Assembly: GCA_003221825.1 (NCBI GenBank)
Contig: QHUE01000087.1
Coordinates: forward strand, 1 to 34,308
DNA from: Gemmatimonadota bacterium
GTDB lineage: Bacteria > Gemmatimonadota > Gemmatimonadetes > Gemmatimonadales > GWC2-71-9
Direction: 5' to 3'
Length of the DNA stretch: 34,308 nt
Shown here: positions 10,121 through 19,135 of the stretch, one piece after another
Layout of the letters: every line of letters begins with the position of its first letter
Numbering within the stretch: position 1 is the stretch's first letter
Notes under the pieces: model-generated
Seen by the model: the letters and a program-made list of their open reading frames with translations, nothing else
What the model was told of the DNA's origin: nothing
Database searches by the model: none
Made by a program: the position numbers and the translations under genes

Positions 10121-10893
10121 AGCGCGTAGGCGATGGTGAGCACGCCGATTGCCCAATTGTACGTCGCAAATTCATAGAAGCGGCCGCGCTTGAGTAGCGC
10201 GACGAGGAACCGGATGCTCCACAAACCGGCCGCGAAAGCGATCACAAAACTGACCGCGAGGGGAACGGCACCGACTGCGGCGATATTCACAGCCGCGTGC
10301 CTGCCTTCGAGGATCGCCGCCCCGCCGATCACCGGAATCGCGAGGAGAAAGCTGAACTCAGCCGCGGCCACGGGATCGAGTCCGGTCCACAATCCCACGC
10401 ACACCGTCGAGCCCGACCGGGAGATGCCGCGCACGACGGCCGCGACCGCTTGCGCGGCACCGATGCCAGCCGCTCCAGCCAGTCCAGGGTCGCGCTTGGT
10501 GCCCGCGCGGCCCCGCGTGGACCAGTTCAAGAAACCAGTCACGATGAACGCAACGCCGATGAACACGAGCGATGTCGCTGCCTCCTCGACCTTATGATGG
10601 AACAGGCCGCCAACGACGCCGGCGGGCACAGTCGCGATCGCGAGCAGGCCGACCATGCGCAGCTCGCCGGGCTGGCCGCGGATCGCACCTCCCAGCAACT
10701 CCACGAGCCGGCGGCCGTACACGACCAGTACCGCGGCGAGGGTTGCAACGTGAAGTGTGACCTCGACGAAGACGCCGGGGGTCCGCACACCGGTCACCAC
10801 CTCGAGCACGCGAAGGTGTCCGGAGCTCGAGACCGGAAGAAACTCGGTCAGTCCCTGCACCAATCCGAGCAAAATGCCTTGCCAGAGAGTCAT
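10108..10893 (-). CDS. uppP: undecaprenyl-diphosphate phosphatase
   Basis: From ATG 10893 (ATGA overlap with the upstream stop): MTLWQGILLGLVQGLTEFLPVSSSGHL..., ISRSGSTV, FSFLLAIPVI. These are BacA/UppP signatures. 261 aa. Confidence 0.9.
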   Translation of the reverse strand: MTLWQGILLGLVQGLTEFLPVSSSGHLRVLEVVTGVRTPGVFVEVTLHVATLAAVLVVYGRRLVELLGGAIRGQPGELRMVGLLAIATVPAGVVGGLFHHKVEEAATSLVFIGVAFIVTGFLNWSTRGRAGTKRDPGLAGAAGIGAAQAVAAVVRGISRSGSTVCVGLWTGLDPVAAAEFSFLLAIPVIGGAAILEGRHAAVNIAAVGAVPLAVSFVIAFAAGLWSIRFLVALLKRGRFYEFATYNWAIGVLTIAYALWHG

Positions 10894-11711
10894 GCGACCT
10901 TTCCCGCGACCAGCGCGGCCAGTCCGATTACCATCGCGCCTTTGAGCAGCGCACTCACTCGCTCGACCTTGCCCAGCAGCAGCCACGTGGCAGAGAGGAG
11001 CACGGCCATTTGTGCCGCCAACGCGATCACAAAGTACGCGCCGCCGTACCCGGCGTTCCGCGGCAACAGGAGACTGGCGGGGACGAACAGCAGTCCGACG
11101 CCCGCCGCCACGACCAGGGCGGGCCGCCGGCCGACGGCGATCGGCAAGGTGCGGCGTCCGATGGCCCGGTCGCCCGGCTCATCCTCGACATCCTTCACCA
11201 CTTCGCGGACCAGATGCAGCCACGCCGCCAGCACCCACGGGACGACGCCAGCCGCGGGCAGGCCAACGGCGAGCGCGCCGTAGAATGGCGGCGACCCCGC
11301 CACGATCGCCACGGCCACGTTGCCGAGCAACGGCCGCGGCTTGAGCAGTGGCGAGTAGGTCAGCATGACGGCAAGGGCGGCAAGGGCGGCAAGCAATAGC
11401 CACCCGCTCGCCAACGCTGCCAGCACCAGTCCGAGCAACGAACCGTCGAATACGATGAGGTCTGCGACACCACGCGTGACTAGCCCTGCCGCCAGGGGCC
11501 TCGTTCCAGGGCGATTGACGCGATCCGCCGCGATGTCGCGGATGTCATTCCACGTGTTGCCGACGGCACCGAGCGCGAGCCCCGAGAGCGCGCCGAAGAC
11601 GAGCTCCTTCGGAAACGCGATGCGGCTCAGCGCAATCCAGCCGCCCGCCAGCACGCCCGCGGCGGCGATCAGCAGATTCGGTGCACGGATCAGCCGCAGC
11701 ACGGCCGCCAC
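10890..11711 (-). CDS. UbiA-family prenyltransferase
   Basis: 273-aa polytopic membrane protein with NDIRDIAADRVN and DVEDEPGDRAIGRRTLP (two Asp-rich UbiA motifs). The GTG start overlaps the bshA stop by 1 nt. Confidence 0.8.
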   Translation of the reverse strand: MAAVLRLIRAPNLLIAAAGVLAGGWIALSRIAFPKELVFGALSGLALGAVGNTWNDIRDIAADRVNRPGTRPLAAGLVTRGVADLIVFDGSLLGLVLAALASGWLLLAALAALAVMLTYSPLLKPRPLLGNVAVAIVAGSPPFYGALAVGLPAAGVVPWVLAAWLHLVREVVKDVEDEPGDRAIGRRTLPIAVGRRPALVVAAGVGLLFVPASLLLPRNAGYGGAYFVIALAAQMAVLLSATWLLLGKVERVSALLKGAMVIGLAALVAGKVA

Positions 11712-12672
11712 TAGCTAAGCACCTCCTGATACAGCGATTCGTAGCGCGGCACCACCTTGTCGGCGGAGAACTCGAGGGCGCGCTGGGCGGCGTGCTGCCG
11801 GAGTCGTGCGTGCTCGTCGGGGTGCTCGAGCACGCGCAGCGCGCGGTCGGCCATCGTCGCGACATCGCCCGGGGGGGCGAGGAAGCCGGTCTTGCCGTCC
11901 TCGACCACTTCGGGAATGCCGCCCGCGGCGCTCGCGATGACCGGCACCGCGCACGCCATTGCTTCGAGCGCGGCCAGTCCGAAGGACTCCGTCGCCGACG
12001 GCAGGAGAAACAGATCGGCGCCACGCAGCACGTCTCCCACGTTCTCGACTTTGCCCAGAAACCGGACATCCTTGCGCAGCCCGAGGCCATCGACCTGCTG
12101 CTCGGCGGCATCGCGATCCGGACCGTCCCCGACGAGCACGAGGGTAGCCGGAATCTTCTTGCGCACGCTCGCGAAGACCTGGATGACGTCGCCGACGCGT
12201 TTCACCGGCCGGAAGTTGGAGACGTGCACGAGCACGCGATGGCCTTTCGGCGCGAGCTTCTTGCGGTCCGTGTCGTCCGTGGGCGGGTGATAGTCGGTCG
12301 TCGAGATGAAGTTCGGGATGACGCGCAAATCGCACTGCCCGCACCCGAAGGCACGATACGTCTCGTCGCGCAGATAGGAGGAAACGGCCGTCACCGCGTC
12401 GGACTGCTCGATGGAGAACGTGGTGAGCGTATAGTAGGAGGGATCCTGACCGACCAGCGTGATGTCGGTGCCGTGCAGCGTCGTGACGATCTTCACTCGA
12501 GCTGCGTGACCTCATGGAACGTCACGCGCTCGGCAAAGCCGCGGAGGCGGAACGGGCTGGCGTACGAGATGAAATGAATGTCGTGGCCGCGGCGCGCGAG
12601 CTCGAGACCGAGCTCGGTCGCGACGGCGCCCGAGCCACCGTAGGTTGGATAGCAGGTGATGCCGATTCTCAT
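11711..12672 (-). pseudogene. bshA: bacillithiol-type GT4 glycosyltransferase (BshA-like), internally deleted and frame-broken
   Basis: Fragment 1 (12672..12493, 59 aa, below the ORF-track cutoff): MRIGITCYPTYGGSGAVATELGLELARRGHDIHFISYASPFRLRGFAERVTFHEVTQLE*. Fragment 2 (12496..11711): (V)KIVTTLHGTDITLVGQDPSY...HVSNFRPVKRV...ESFGLAALEAMACAVPVIASAAGGIPEVV. About 55 residues that normally link FHEV to IVTTLHG are absent. The pieces are in different frames and meet at GTGA. Confidence 0.75.
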
Positions 12673-12684
12673 ATCAGTATTCGG

Positions 12685-13656
12685 TCATCGGTTGTCAGTC
12701 ATCTGTTTCCAACGTTCGACAATTTCACTGGCCAATGCTTCCGGTGAGCGCGAAGCGTCGAGAAGCCAAACCGGCTCGACCTGATGACCGACGACCGACG
12801 ACTGAGAACGCAGTTGATTCCGAAACCACGTGTCCTGTCGCTTCGCGTAGCGTCGCGTCGACACGAGAATCGCATCGCGCAGTGCGGCGTCCGGCAAATG
12901 GCCTTGCAGCATGCTCACGACCTCCCGATACCCGATCCCATCGAGCCCAGGCGCGTCCGGCGCGACGCCTGCGTCCAGCTGCCGCTGTACTTCGGCGACG
13001 AGTCCGCCCCCCAGCATTTGATCGACGCGAGCCGCCAGGCGGCGATGCAGCACCTCACGCGGGACGGTCAGCTGAATGTACCAGGGGCGCAGCGTTCCGC
13101 CCTCGCGCGCCTCGCGCTGCCACCACGAGAGCGCGTGTCCGGTCAACAACGCGACCTCGACCGCCCGGGCCGCGCGCTGGCGGCCGCCGCCAAGGAACTG
13201 CGGGTCGAGCCGGCCCGCCCAGCGCGCGAGCTCGCCACCCTCGAGCGACTCCGACCACTGCCGCAGGTGCTCGCGCCGCGCCGGATCGAACGGCGGCTCT
13301 CGAAACAACCCCTCGGCTAACACGCGGATGTAGAGGCCGGTGCCCCCCACCACAATCGGCTGGCGCTGCGCGGCGCGCGCTTCCGCGATCCACGCCGCGG
13401 CGTCGCGCGCAAAGCGGCCTGCGCTGTAACGCTCCCCGGGATCGACGAGATCCAGACCCCGATGTGGGACTCGGGCGAGGGTCTCGGGATCGGGCTTCGC
13501 CGTGCCGACATCCAGATTGCGATAGACCTGCCGGGCATCGGCAGAGATGACGGTGAGGGGTGTGAGCGCGGCGAGCGCGACGGCGACGGCGGTTTTGCCG
13601 ACGCCGGTGGGGCCGACAACGACAGGAGTCAGGAGTCGGGAGTCAGGACCGACCAA
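12685..13656 (-). CDS. miaA: tRNA dimethylallyltransferase
   Basis: VVVGPTGVGKTAVAVALA (P-loop), ISADARQVYRNLDVGTAKP, IVVGGTGLYI, RRYAKRQDTWFRN. Start taken as TTG 13656 (14 nt overlap with mutL). ATG 13707 is the ORF-track alternative. Confidence 0.9.
   Translation of the reverse strand: MVGPDSRLLTPVVVGPTGVGKTAVAVALAALTPLTVISADARQVYRNLDVGTAKPDPETLARVPHRGLDLVDPGERYSAGRFARDAAAWIAEARAAQRQPIVVGGTGLYIRVLAEGLFREPPFDPARREHLRQWSESLEGGELARWAGRLDPQFLGGGRQRAARAVEVALLTGHALSWWQREAREGGTLRPWYIQLTVPREVLHRRLAARVDQMLGGGLVAEVQRQLDAGVAPDAPGLDGIGYREVVSMLQGHLPDAALRDAILVSTRRYAKRQDTWFRNQLRSQSSVVGHQVEPVWLLDASRSPEALASEIVERWKQMTDNR
13623..13648. repeat. tandem heptamer repeat (CAGGAGT x ~3.7, one mismatch)
   Basis: caggagt caggagt cgggagt cagga read directly from the plus strand. 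It spans the mutL stop codon and the first codons of miaA. Confidence 0.7.
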
Positions 13657-15349
13657 ACCTGCGTTCCAGTTCCTCTTTGGGGAGCTGCACCATGGAAGGC
13701 CTTCCATGCACGTCGTGCGCCGGCAGCGACGCCGTGAGCAGCCGCACGATCAGCTCGCGCATCTCACCCGCGTCGAGCGTCTGGCCCGCCTTGATGGCCG
13801 CGCGGCAGGCGTAGGTGGCGGCGAACCGTTCCAGGCGATTCTGCCAACCCCCAAAGCGCCCCCCGGCGAGATCGGCGACCAGCTCCTGGAGGCAGCGCGC
13901 GGCTTCGAAGCGCGGATGCGGGTTCGGCGCCGTGTGCACCACAATGCTCCGGCCCGAGAACGGCTCGATCTCGTAGCCGATGCGGGTGAGCAACTCACGA
14001 TGCGCTTCGATCGCGTCGAGCTCCGCCGGTGCGAAGTCCAGCGTGAGCGGCAGCAACAGCCGCTGCGCAGGCGCGCCATCGCCCGAGAGCTGGCGGATCA
14101 CGTCCTCGTACAACACGCGCTCGTGGGCGGAGTGCTGGTCGACGATGGCGACGCCCTGGTCGGTTTGGAATAGGATGTACGTCTCAAATACTTGCAGCAG
14201 TGGCGGTGATAGGTGCCTGGTGTCAGGTGTCAGGGCACCGGCATGAAAGAGCTCGAGCGGGACTCCAGCGGGCGTCGTGCCAAACCCGGTTTGCCCCTGA
14301 AACCAGGCACCTGAAACCTGCCCTGGCACAGCGAAGCTTGCCGATGCCTCGAGCGGCGCCAACGCACCACGCACAGCCTCCTCAACCACCTTCTCGACAA
14401 AAAACTTGTCCCGGAACCGCGCCTCGAGTTTCGCCGGGTGCACGTTGACGTCCACGGCGTCCCCCGGCAGATCCAAGAACAAGAGCAGCGACGGCCGGTC
14501 GCCGGGGGCTATCGTCGAGCGATAGCCAGCCTCGGCAGCTCGGAGAATGAACGGGTCGCGAATCGGTCTGCCGCGCACGAACACATACCCCTTGCGGCCG
14601 GCGGGACGGGCTTGGGCCGGGCGCTGCACAAGCCCGGTCACCTCCAACGGTCCCGCGCGATGCGACACCGCGAGCAGCGTGTCGGCCAGCTCGCCGCCCC
14701 ACAGGGCGTGCGCGCGGTCGATGAGTCGCGCCGCCGGCGGACAATCGAGCAACACGCGACTGTCGCTCGTCAACGAAAACACGACATCCGGACGCGTTAG
14801 CGCGAGCACCGTGATCGCCTCCACGGCGGCACGCGTCTCGGTCGCCGTAGCGCGGAGGAATTTGCGGCGGGCCGGCGTGTTGTAGAACAACCCGCGCACC
14901 GTGATGGTGGTCCCGCGCTGGCGCACCGAGTCCTCGACCGCGTCCAGCTTCCCGCCGGTGACCCGCAGCCGCGTGCCGTCTTCCCCTTCGCCGCAGGTTT
15001 CCAGCTCGAAGCGCGAGACCGAAGCGATGGCGGGCAGCGCTTCACCGCGAAATCCGAAGGTCGCCACACCGATCAAGTCGGTCGCCGTGCGAATCTTGCT
15101 CGTCGCGTGCCGCTGGAGCGCGAGCTGCGCGTCGTCGCGATCCATCCCCGAACCATCGTCGCTCACGCGAATCAGCGTCTTCCCGCCGTCCTCCAGCTCG
15201 ACGCGGATCGCGCGGGCGCCGGCGTCGAGGGCGTTCTCGACCAGCTCCTTGACGACCGACGCCGGCCGTTCGACGACCTCACCGGCCGCGATCTGATCGG
15301 CGACATTGGCGGCCAGGACTTGGACCCGCGGACGCGCGAGCACACTCAC
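13643..15349 (-). CDS. mutL: DNA mismatch repair protein MutL
   Basis: QIAAGEVVERPASVVKELVENALDAGA, DDGSGM, FGFRGEAL, NVHPAK, DQHSAHERVLYE, ACRAAIKAG. Start taken as GTG 15349 (GTGA overlap with the upstream stop). The 740-aa ORF-track version is an Arg/Gly-rich extension over the upstream gene. Confidence 0.92.
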   Translation of the reverse strand: MSVLARPRVQVLAANVADQIAAGEVVERPASVVKELVENALDAGARAIRVELEDGGKTLIRVSDDGSGMDRDDAQLALQRHATSKIRTATDLIGVATFGFRGEALPAIASVSRFELETCGEGEDGTRLRVTGGKLDAVEDSVRQRGTTITVRGLFYNTPARRKFLRATATETRAAVEAITVLALTRPDVVFSLTSDSRVLLDCPPAARLIDRAHALWGGELADTLLAVSHRAGPLEVTGLVQRPAQARPAGRKGYVFVRGRPIRDPFILRAAEAGYRSTIAPGDRPSLLLFLDLPGDAVDVNVHPAKLEARFRDKFFVEKVVEEAVRGALAPLEASASFAVPGQVSGAWFQGQTGFGTTPAGVPLELFHAGALTPDTRHLSPPLLQVFETYILFQTDQGVAIVDQHSAHERVLYEDVIRQLSGDGAPAQRLLLPLTLDFAPAELDAIEAHRELLTRIGYEIEPFSGRSIVVHTAPNPHPRFEAARCLQELVADLAGGRFGGWQNRLERFAATYACRAAIKAGQTLDAGEMRELIVRLLTASLPAHDVHGRPSMVQLPKEELERRFGRS

Positions 15350-17489
15350 AATCCGGCGATCTCCTCGCCGAGCACCCAGCCGTGGATCCCATCGGCGCGA
15401 TGCACTTCGACCCACGGACCATAGCGCCGGCCGACGAGCAGTGCCCCGCCTGCCGGCACGCTGGCCGCCGCGCTCGCGCCGCCGTACGGCGCGGCGCGCA
15501 CCGGGACTCCGTCCGCGATCGCGACCGCGATCGCCTGGTCGCGGCGCCGCCACTCGATCCCGCCCACGACGGACGCCCCGAGGGCGACAGCGCCGAACAG
15601 GGCGATCCCGACGCGGCGGCGACTCCCGGCTGCCACCAGGAGCCACACCACGAGCCAACCCCCAGCGGCGACGAGTCCCCATTCCACCGGTGTGGCCCAG
15701 CCGACACGCAACAGCTGCTCCGTCACCGGGTCGGGCGCGGGCAACAGCCGCAGGGCGCGCCGGATCGCCGGATCGCGCGGCGCCAGGCGGGCCGCGCGGA
15801 TCCACGCCGCCGTCGCTTTGCCATCGGCGCCGGCGCGATACAGCGTCGCGCCGAGGTTGTACCAATGGGCCGGGTCGCGCGGCTCGCGGGCGGCACGCGC
15901 GGCGAATGAATCGGCCGCCGCCCGCAGCGCCCCTGCCTCGAACAACGCTTCGGCACTCGGCGTCTGCGCGACGGCGGTCAACGGCACGAGCAAGAGCAGC
16001 AACACGGTCACGATCGCATGCGGGCGTCGCGCCCCGATGGATCCCTCTGCCCCCAACACGCGCAGCACTTGCTCGATCTCCTCGGCCAGCTCCGCCGCAT
16101 CGCCCAGTCCGCGTGGTCCGTAGCGCGCGGCGCGCAGCCGGTCGCGCAACCGCTTGACGTGGTCGGCGACGGCGCTGTCCACGCCGGCGGCGCGCAACGC
16201 CTGGGCGAGCCCGTCCCCATCACGCGCGAACGGATCCGAGACATAGCTCGCGAGCACCGCCAGGAACTCTCGCTCCAGACGACCGAGCGGCGTGAGCCGG
16301 GGGTCGGCGGCGACCGCGGCCGTGGCGGGCGCGCGACGCCACCGATGTCGCGCGAGCCAGGCAATCAACGGCGGCACCAGCAGCAGGGCGAGCCACCCTT
16401 GCCACCCCAGCCGGCGGCTCAGGCTGTCGGCCGCCAGCTCGCCGCGCGCCGGCAGCAGCGGCGGGAGGATGCGCGCGGCCCGCGGCTCGGCGCCGGGCGC
16501 GACGGCGAGCGCGCGTGGCGGCGCGGTGGCGGTTTCATAGCGGCCGGCCGTCGCATGGAAGTAGGGGTAGCGGACCTCCGGCAGGACGAAGTTCCCGGAG
16601 GAATCGGGCACCGCGAGGTAATGGAAGGTCTTGCTGCCGGCGATCCGCCCCGCGTCCGTCGCGACACGCACTTCAGTCTGCGCGGGATACACCCGAAACC
16701 CCGTGGGCCACTTGAGGGCCGGCTCGGGCCATAACGACACGTTGCCGATGCCGCTGATCGTGACCGACGCCTCGACCGGCTCGCCCACGCGCGACGTGGC
16801 CGGATCGATTTGCAGGTCGAGACGGAGTCCCTCCCCGACGACATTCGTGGCATTGGCCGGTGGCGGCAGCGGCAATACCGTAATCGCGATCGAGTCGCTG
16901 CGCAGGGTGTAGCGCTCCTCGCGACTGAAGAACGAGAACGAGACCGGCAGCGCGTACTCAACAGATGCCGGCGGGATGACGAGACGGCCGGCCGTCAGGG
17001 GAAACACGACTTCGTGTGCGATGAACAGATCCATCCACCGGCCGCCGACCTGCCGCGAGAGCGCTACGCCGGACGACGTGGTGGCGGGATAGGCCCACGC
17101 CCCTTCCGGCGTGTCGTGCGGTCAGCCGCGCTATCGACGGTGACGAGAATCGGCTCGGTCGCGACGACGCTCACGCCCTGCCGCGCGCGCACCGGACCGA
17201 TCAGCAGCGCGCCCGGCTGCTGCGCGCGCAGCTGCAGCTCGCGCACGGTCGTGCGCACCGACCCGGACGCGCCGCCGATGGCGACCTCCGTCATATCGCG
17301 GGAGCCTACGATCGCGAACCCGGTCAATGACGGCAGCATGATCTCGACGGGATCGGCCGCGCGGCTGCGCGCCCGGATCGTCAACGTCAGCTCTTCGCCG
17401 ACCCGCAAGGACGTGCGATCGACGCCGGCTGTCACCTCGGCGCCTTGCATCACCATCAATGCCGTGAGAACGGGGAGGAGGCCGGTCAC
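15346..17489 (-). CDS. batD: BatD-like protein fused in frame to a BatE-like TPR + SH3-like tail; frame interrupted near 17110-17120
   Basis: ORF 17064..17489 gives the signal peptide and first beta-rich domain (MTGLLPVLTALMVMQGAEV...VGEELTLTIRA), then nonsense after ...VTVDSAAD. The frame of ORF 15346..17034 is already protein-like from 17117 (PHDTPEGAWAYPATTSSGVALS...). One missing base would join them. The C-terminal third has a hydrophobic segment, TPR-like repeats (HWYNLGATLYRAGADGKA) and an SH3-like end (GPWVEVHRADGIHGWVLGEEI). Confidence 0.7.
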
Positions 17490-19135
17490 CAGTCCTTCAC
17501 CCCGGGCGGTGCGGCGCGGCGCGTGCGTCCCGTGCGGTCGCGGCGCGTGCGGAGCTCCTCCTGACCGATGGAGTTCAAGACCTGATCCGCCTGCGACTCA
17601 CTCATCCCGCCGCCCCCCTGCGGTTGCTGCTGCTGCTGTCCGCCGCCCCCCCCTTCCCCGCCGGCGCCGGGGGATGGCGGAGGCGGAGGATTCGGCTTGT
17701 TCGCCTGGCCCCCGCCCCCACGCATGCGGTTCACCAGCTCGAGATTCCACTTCGCGGGTTTGTCATGCGGCTGCAGCAGCAGCGCCTCTCGATACGCGCG
17801 CGCCGCATTGGCGAGATGCGCCTCGCGATTGGTGCTGTCCGCCTTCGCCTGCAGCAACGCCAGCAAGCCGAGGTTGTAGAGCGCGCGAAACCGCAGGTCG
17901 GGATCGAGTGAGGCTGCCGCGCGCGCCAGTGACGACCGCGCGAGTGCGGGGTCACCGGCGGCCATCGCCGCGGTTCCCGTGTTGTACCACGCGGTGTCAT
18001 CATCCTCGTGCGCTTTCAACTCTGCGAGGTAATCGGCCGCAGCGCCGCGCACATCCCCCCGGTCCCAGGCTTTCTCGGCGCTGGAGCGCGGCCGCTGCAC
18101 TTGGCCGGCGAGGGGCGGGGCGAGGAACAGAAGCACGCCGATCAGCGCCGCGGTGCGCCTCGTCAACGTCTGGGCTCCCAGGACGAGTGCACCGAGCAGC
18201 AGCGGAATCCACGCACGGGGACGGCCGTGCTGCGTGCGGCTCTCGGTCGCGGTCGCGCGCTTGTACGACGCCACGAGATCGCGGACGGCGCCGGCCTGGT
18301 CCGGCAACTCGGCTGCGACAATCGTCCCCTGCGCGGCATCCGCGACGGCGCCGAGCACATCCTCACGCCGGCTGGTCAGGATGGGATTCCCCGATTCGTC
18401 CTGTTGCCACGACACGAAGGTGCCGCGGTCGTCCCGCACGGGAATCTTGGTCGGCTGGCGTCCACCCTCGGCGACGAGGATCAGGTGAATCCCGAGTGCC
18501 GCCAGGCGCCGCGCCTCCTGCACGGCCTGCTCCAGCGAATCGTGGGCCTCGCCGTCGGTGAACACGACGAGCACGCGATCGGCAATCTCAGGACTCGCGT
18601 GCAGCAGGTCGATCCCCTGGGCCAGCGCCGGCGCCAGCGACGTGCCGCCTTCGGAAGCGATGTCGGGGTCGAGTGCGTCGAGATACAGCGTCAGCGCCGA
18701 GCCATCCACGGACAGCGGCGAGAGGATGTAGCTCGTGCCGGCGAAGGCGGAGAGGCCCAGCCGGTCCCCGTCGAGATCCTGTACCAGGCGCCGGGCTTCG
18801 CGCAGCGCGCGCCCCAGCCGGCTGGGCTTCGCATCTTCCGCCAGCATCGAGCGCGAGATATCGATGGCGAGGACCAGATTCAGTCCGCGCGTTTCGGTGA
18901 CGATGCGCTCCTCACCCCACCGCGGCCCGGACAGCGCCACGGCCGCGAGCGCGGCGGCGAGACCCAATGCGGGCGCGCCGAGCTTCCCGGCGCGGCGCGC
19001 AATGTTGGCCGTGGCCTCCGACCAGGCGGCCGCCCGCCGCACCCGCGAGCGCCGTGCCCACGCCGCCGCCGCCCAGACGGCCGCGCCCACGATCGGCGCG
19101 AGCAGGACGACGATCGGCGCGTCGAAGGTGATCAC
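17486..19135 (-). CDS. batB: BatB-like VWA protein fused to BatC-like TPR domain
   Basis: N-terminal TM helices and a VWA MIDAS motif (LVLAIDISRSM...TSLAPAL...VVFTDGE). These are followed by TM helices, TPR-like repeats (AWYNTGTAAMAAGD, ALYNLGLLALLQ) and a Gly/Pro/Gln low-complexity tail. GTGA overlaps at both ends. Confidence 0.8.
   Translation of the reverse strand: MITFDAPIVVLLAPIVGAAVWAAAAWARRSRVRRAAAWSEATANIARRAGKLGAPALGLAAALAAVALSGPRWGEERIVTETRGLNLVLAIDISRSMLAEDAKPSRLGRALREARRLVQDLDGDRLGLSAFAGTSYILSPLSVDGSALTLYLDALDPDIASEGGTSLAPALAQGIDLLHASPEIADRVLVVFTDGEAHDSLEQAVQEARRLAALGIHLILVAEGGRQPTKIPVRDDRGTFVSWQQDESGNPILTSRREDVLGAVADAAQGTIVAAELPDQAGAVRDLVASYKRATATESRTQHGRPRAWIPLLLGALVLGAQTLTRRTAALIGVLLFLAPPLAGQVQRPRSSAEKAWDRGDVRGAAADYLAELKAHEDDDTAWYNTGTAAMAAGDPALARSSLARAAASLDPDLRFRALYNLGLLALLQAKADSTNREAHLANAARAYREALLLQPHDKPAKWNLELVNRMRGGGGQANKPNPPPPPSPGAGGEGGGGGQQQQQPQGGGGMSESQADQVLNSIGQEELRTRRDRTGRTRRAAPPGVKDW

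Noticed and set aside
12494-12500. Restriction sites at the apparent deletion junctions as evidence of cloning or engineering: XhoI CTCGAG at the bshA junction, EcoRI GAATTC at the pyrB junction (32301-32306), and AatII and AvrII sites in the groEL patch
   Set aside because: CTCGAG and GAATTC occur repeatedly elsewhere in the window (for example GAATTC near 961, 6231, 7534, 19757, 32241 and 33465), so their presence at junctions is not significant on its own. The groEL patch is reported separately on compositional grounds.
15990-16060. A separate batE gene starting internally (GTG near VLGAEGSIGARRPHAIVTVLLLLL)
   Set aside because: There is no stop codon between the BatD-like and BatE-like parts and no SD before the GTG. 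An in-frame fusion is the simpler reading, although an internal start cannot be excluded.
16810-18561. 583-aa plus-strand ORF, the longest in the track
   Set aside because: It lies antisense to the batD and batB-C genes. Its composition is Arg/Pro/Ala/Ser-rich with no motifs. This is the typical shadow ORF of a high-GC gene, and the minus-strand frames carry clear VWA, TPR and BatD sequence.
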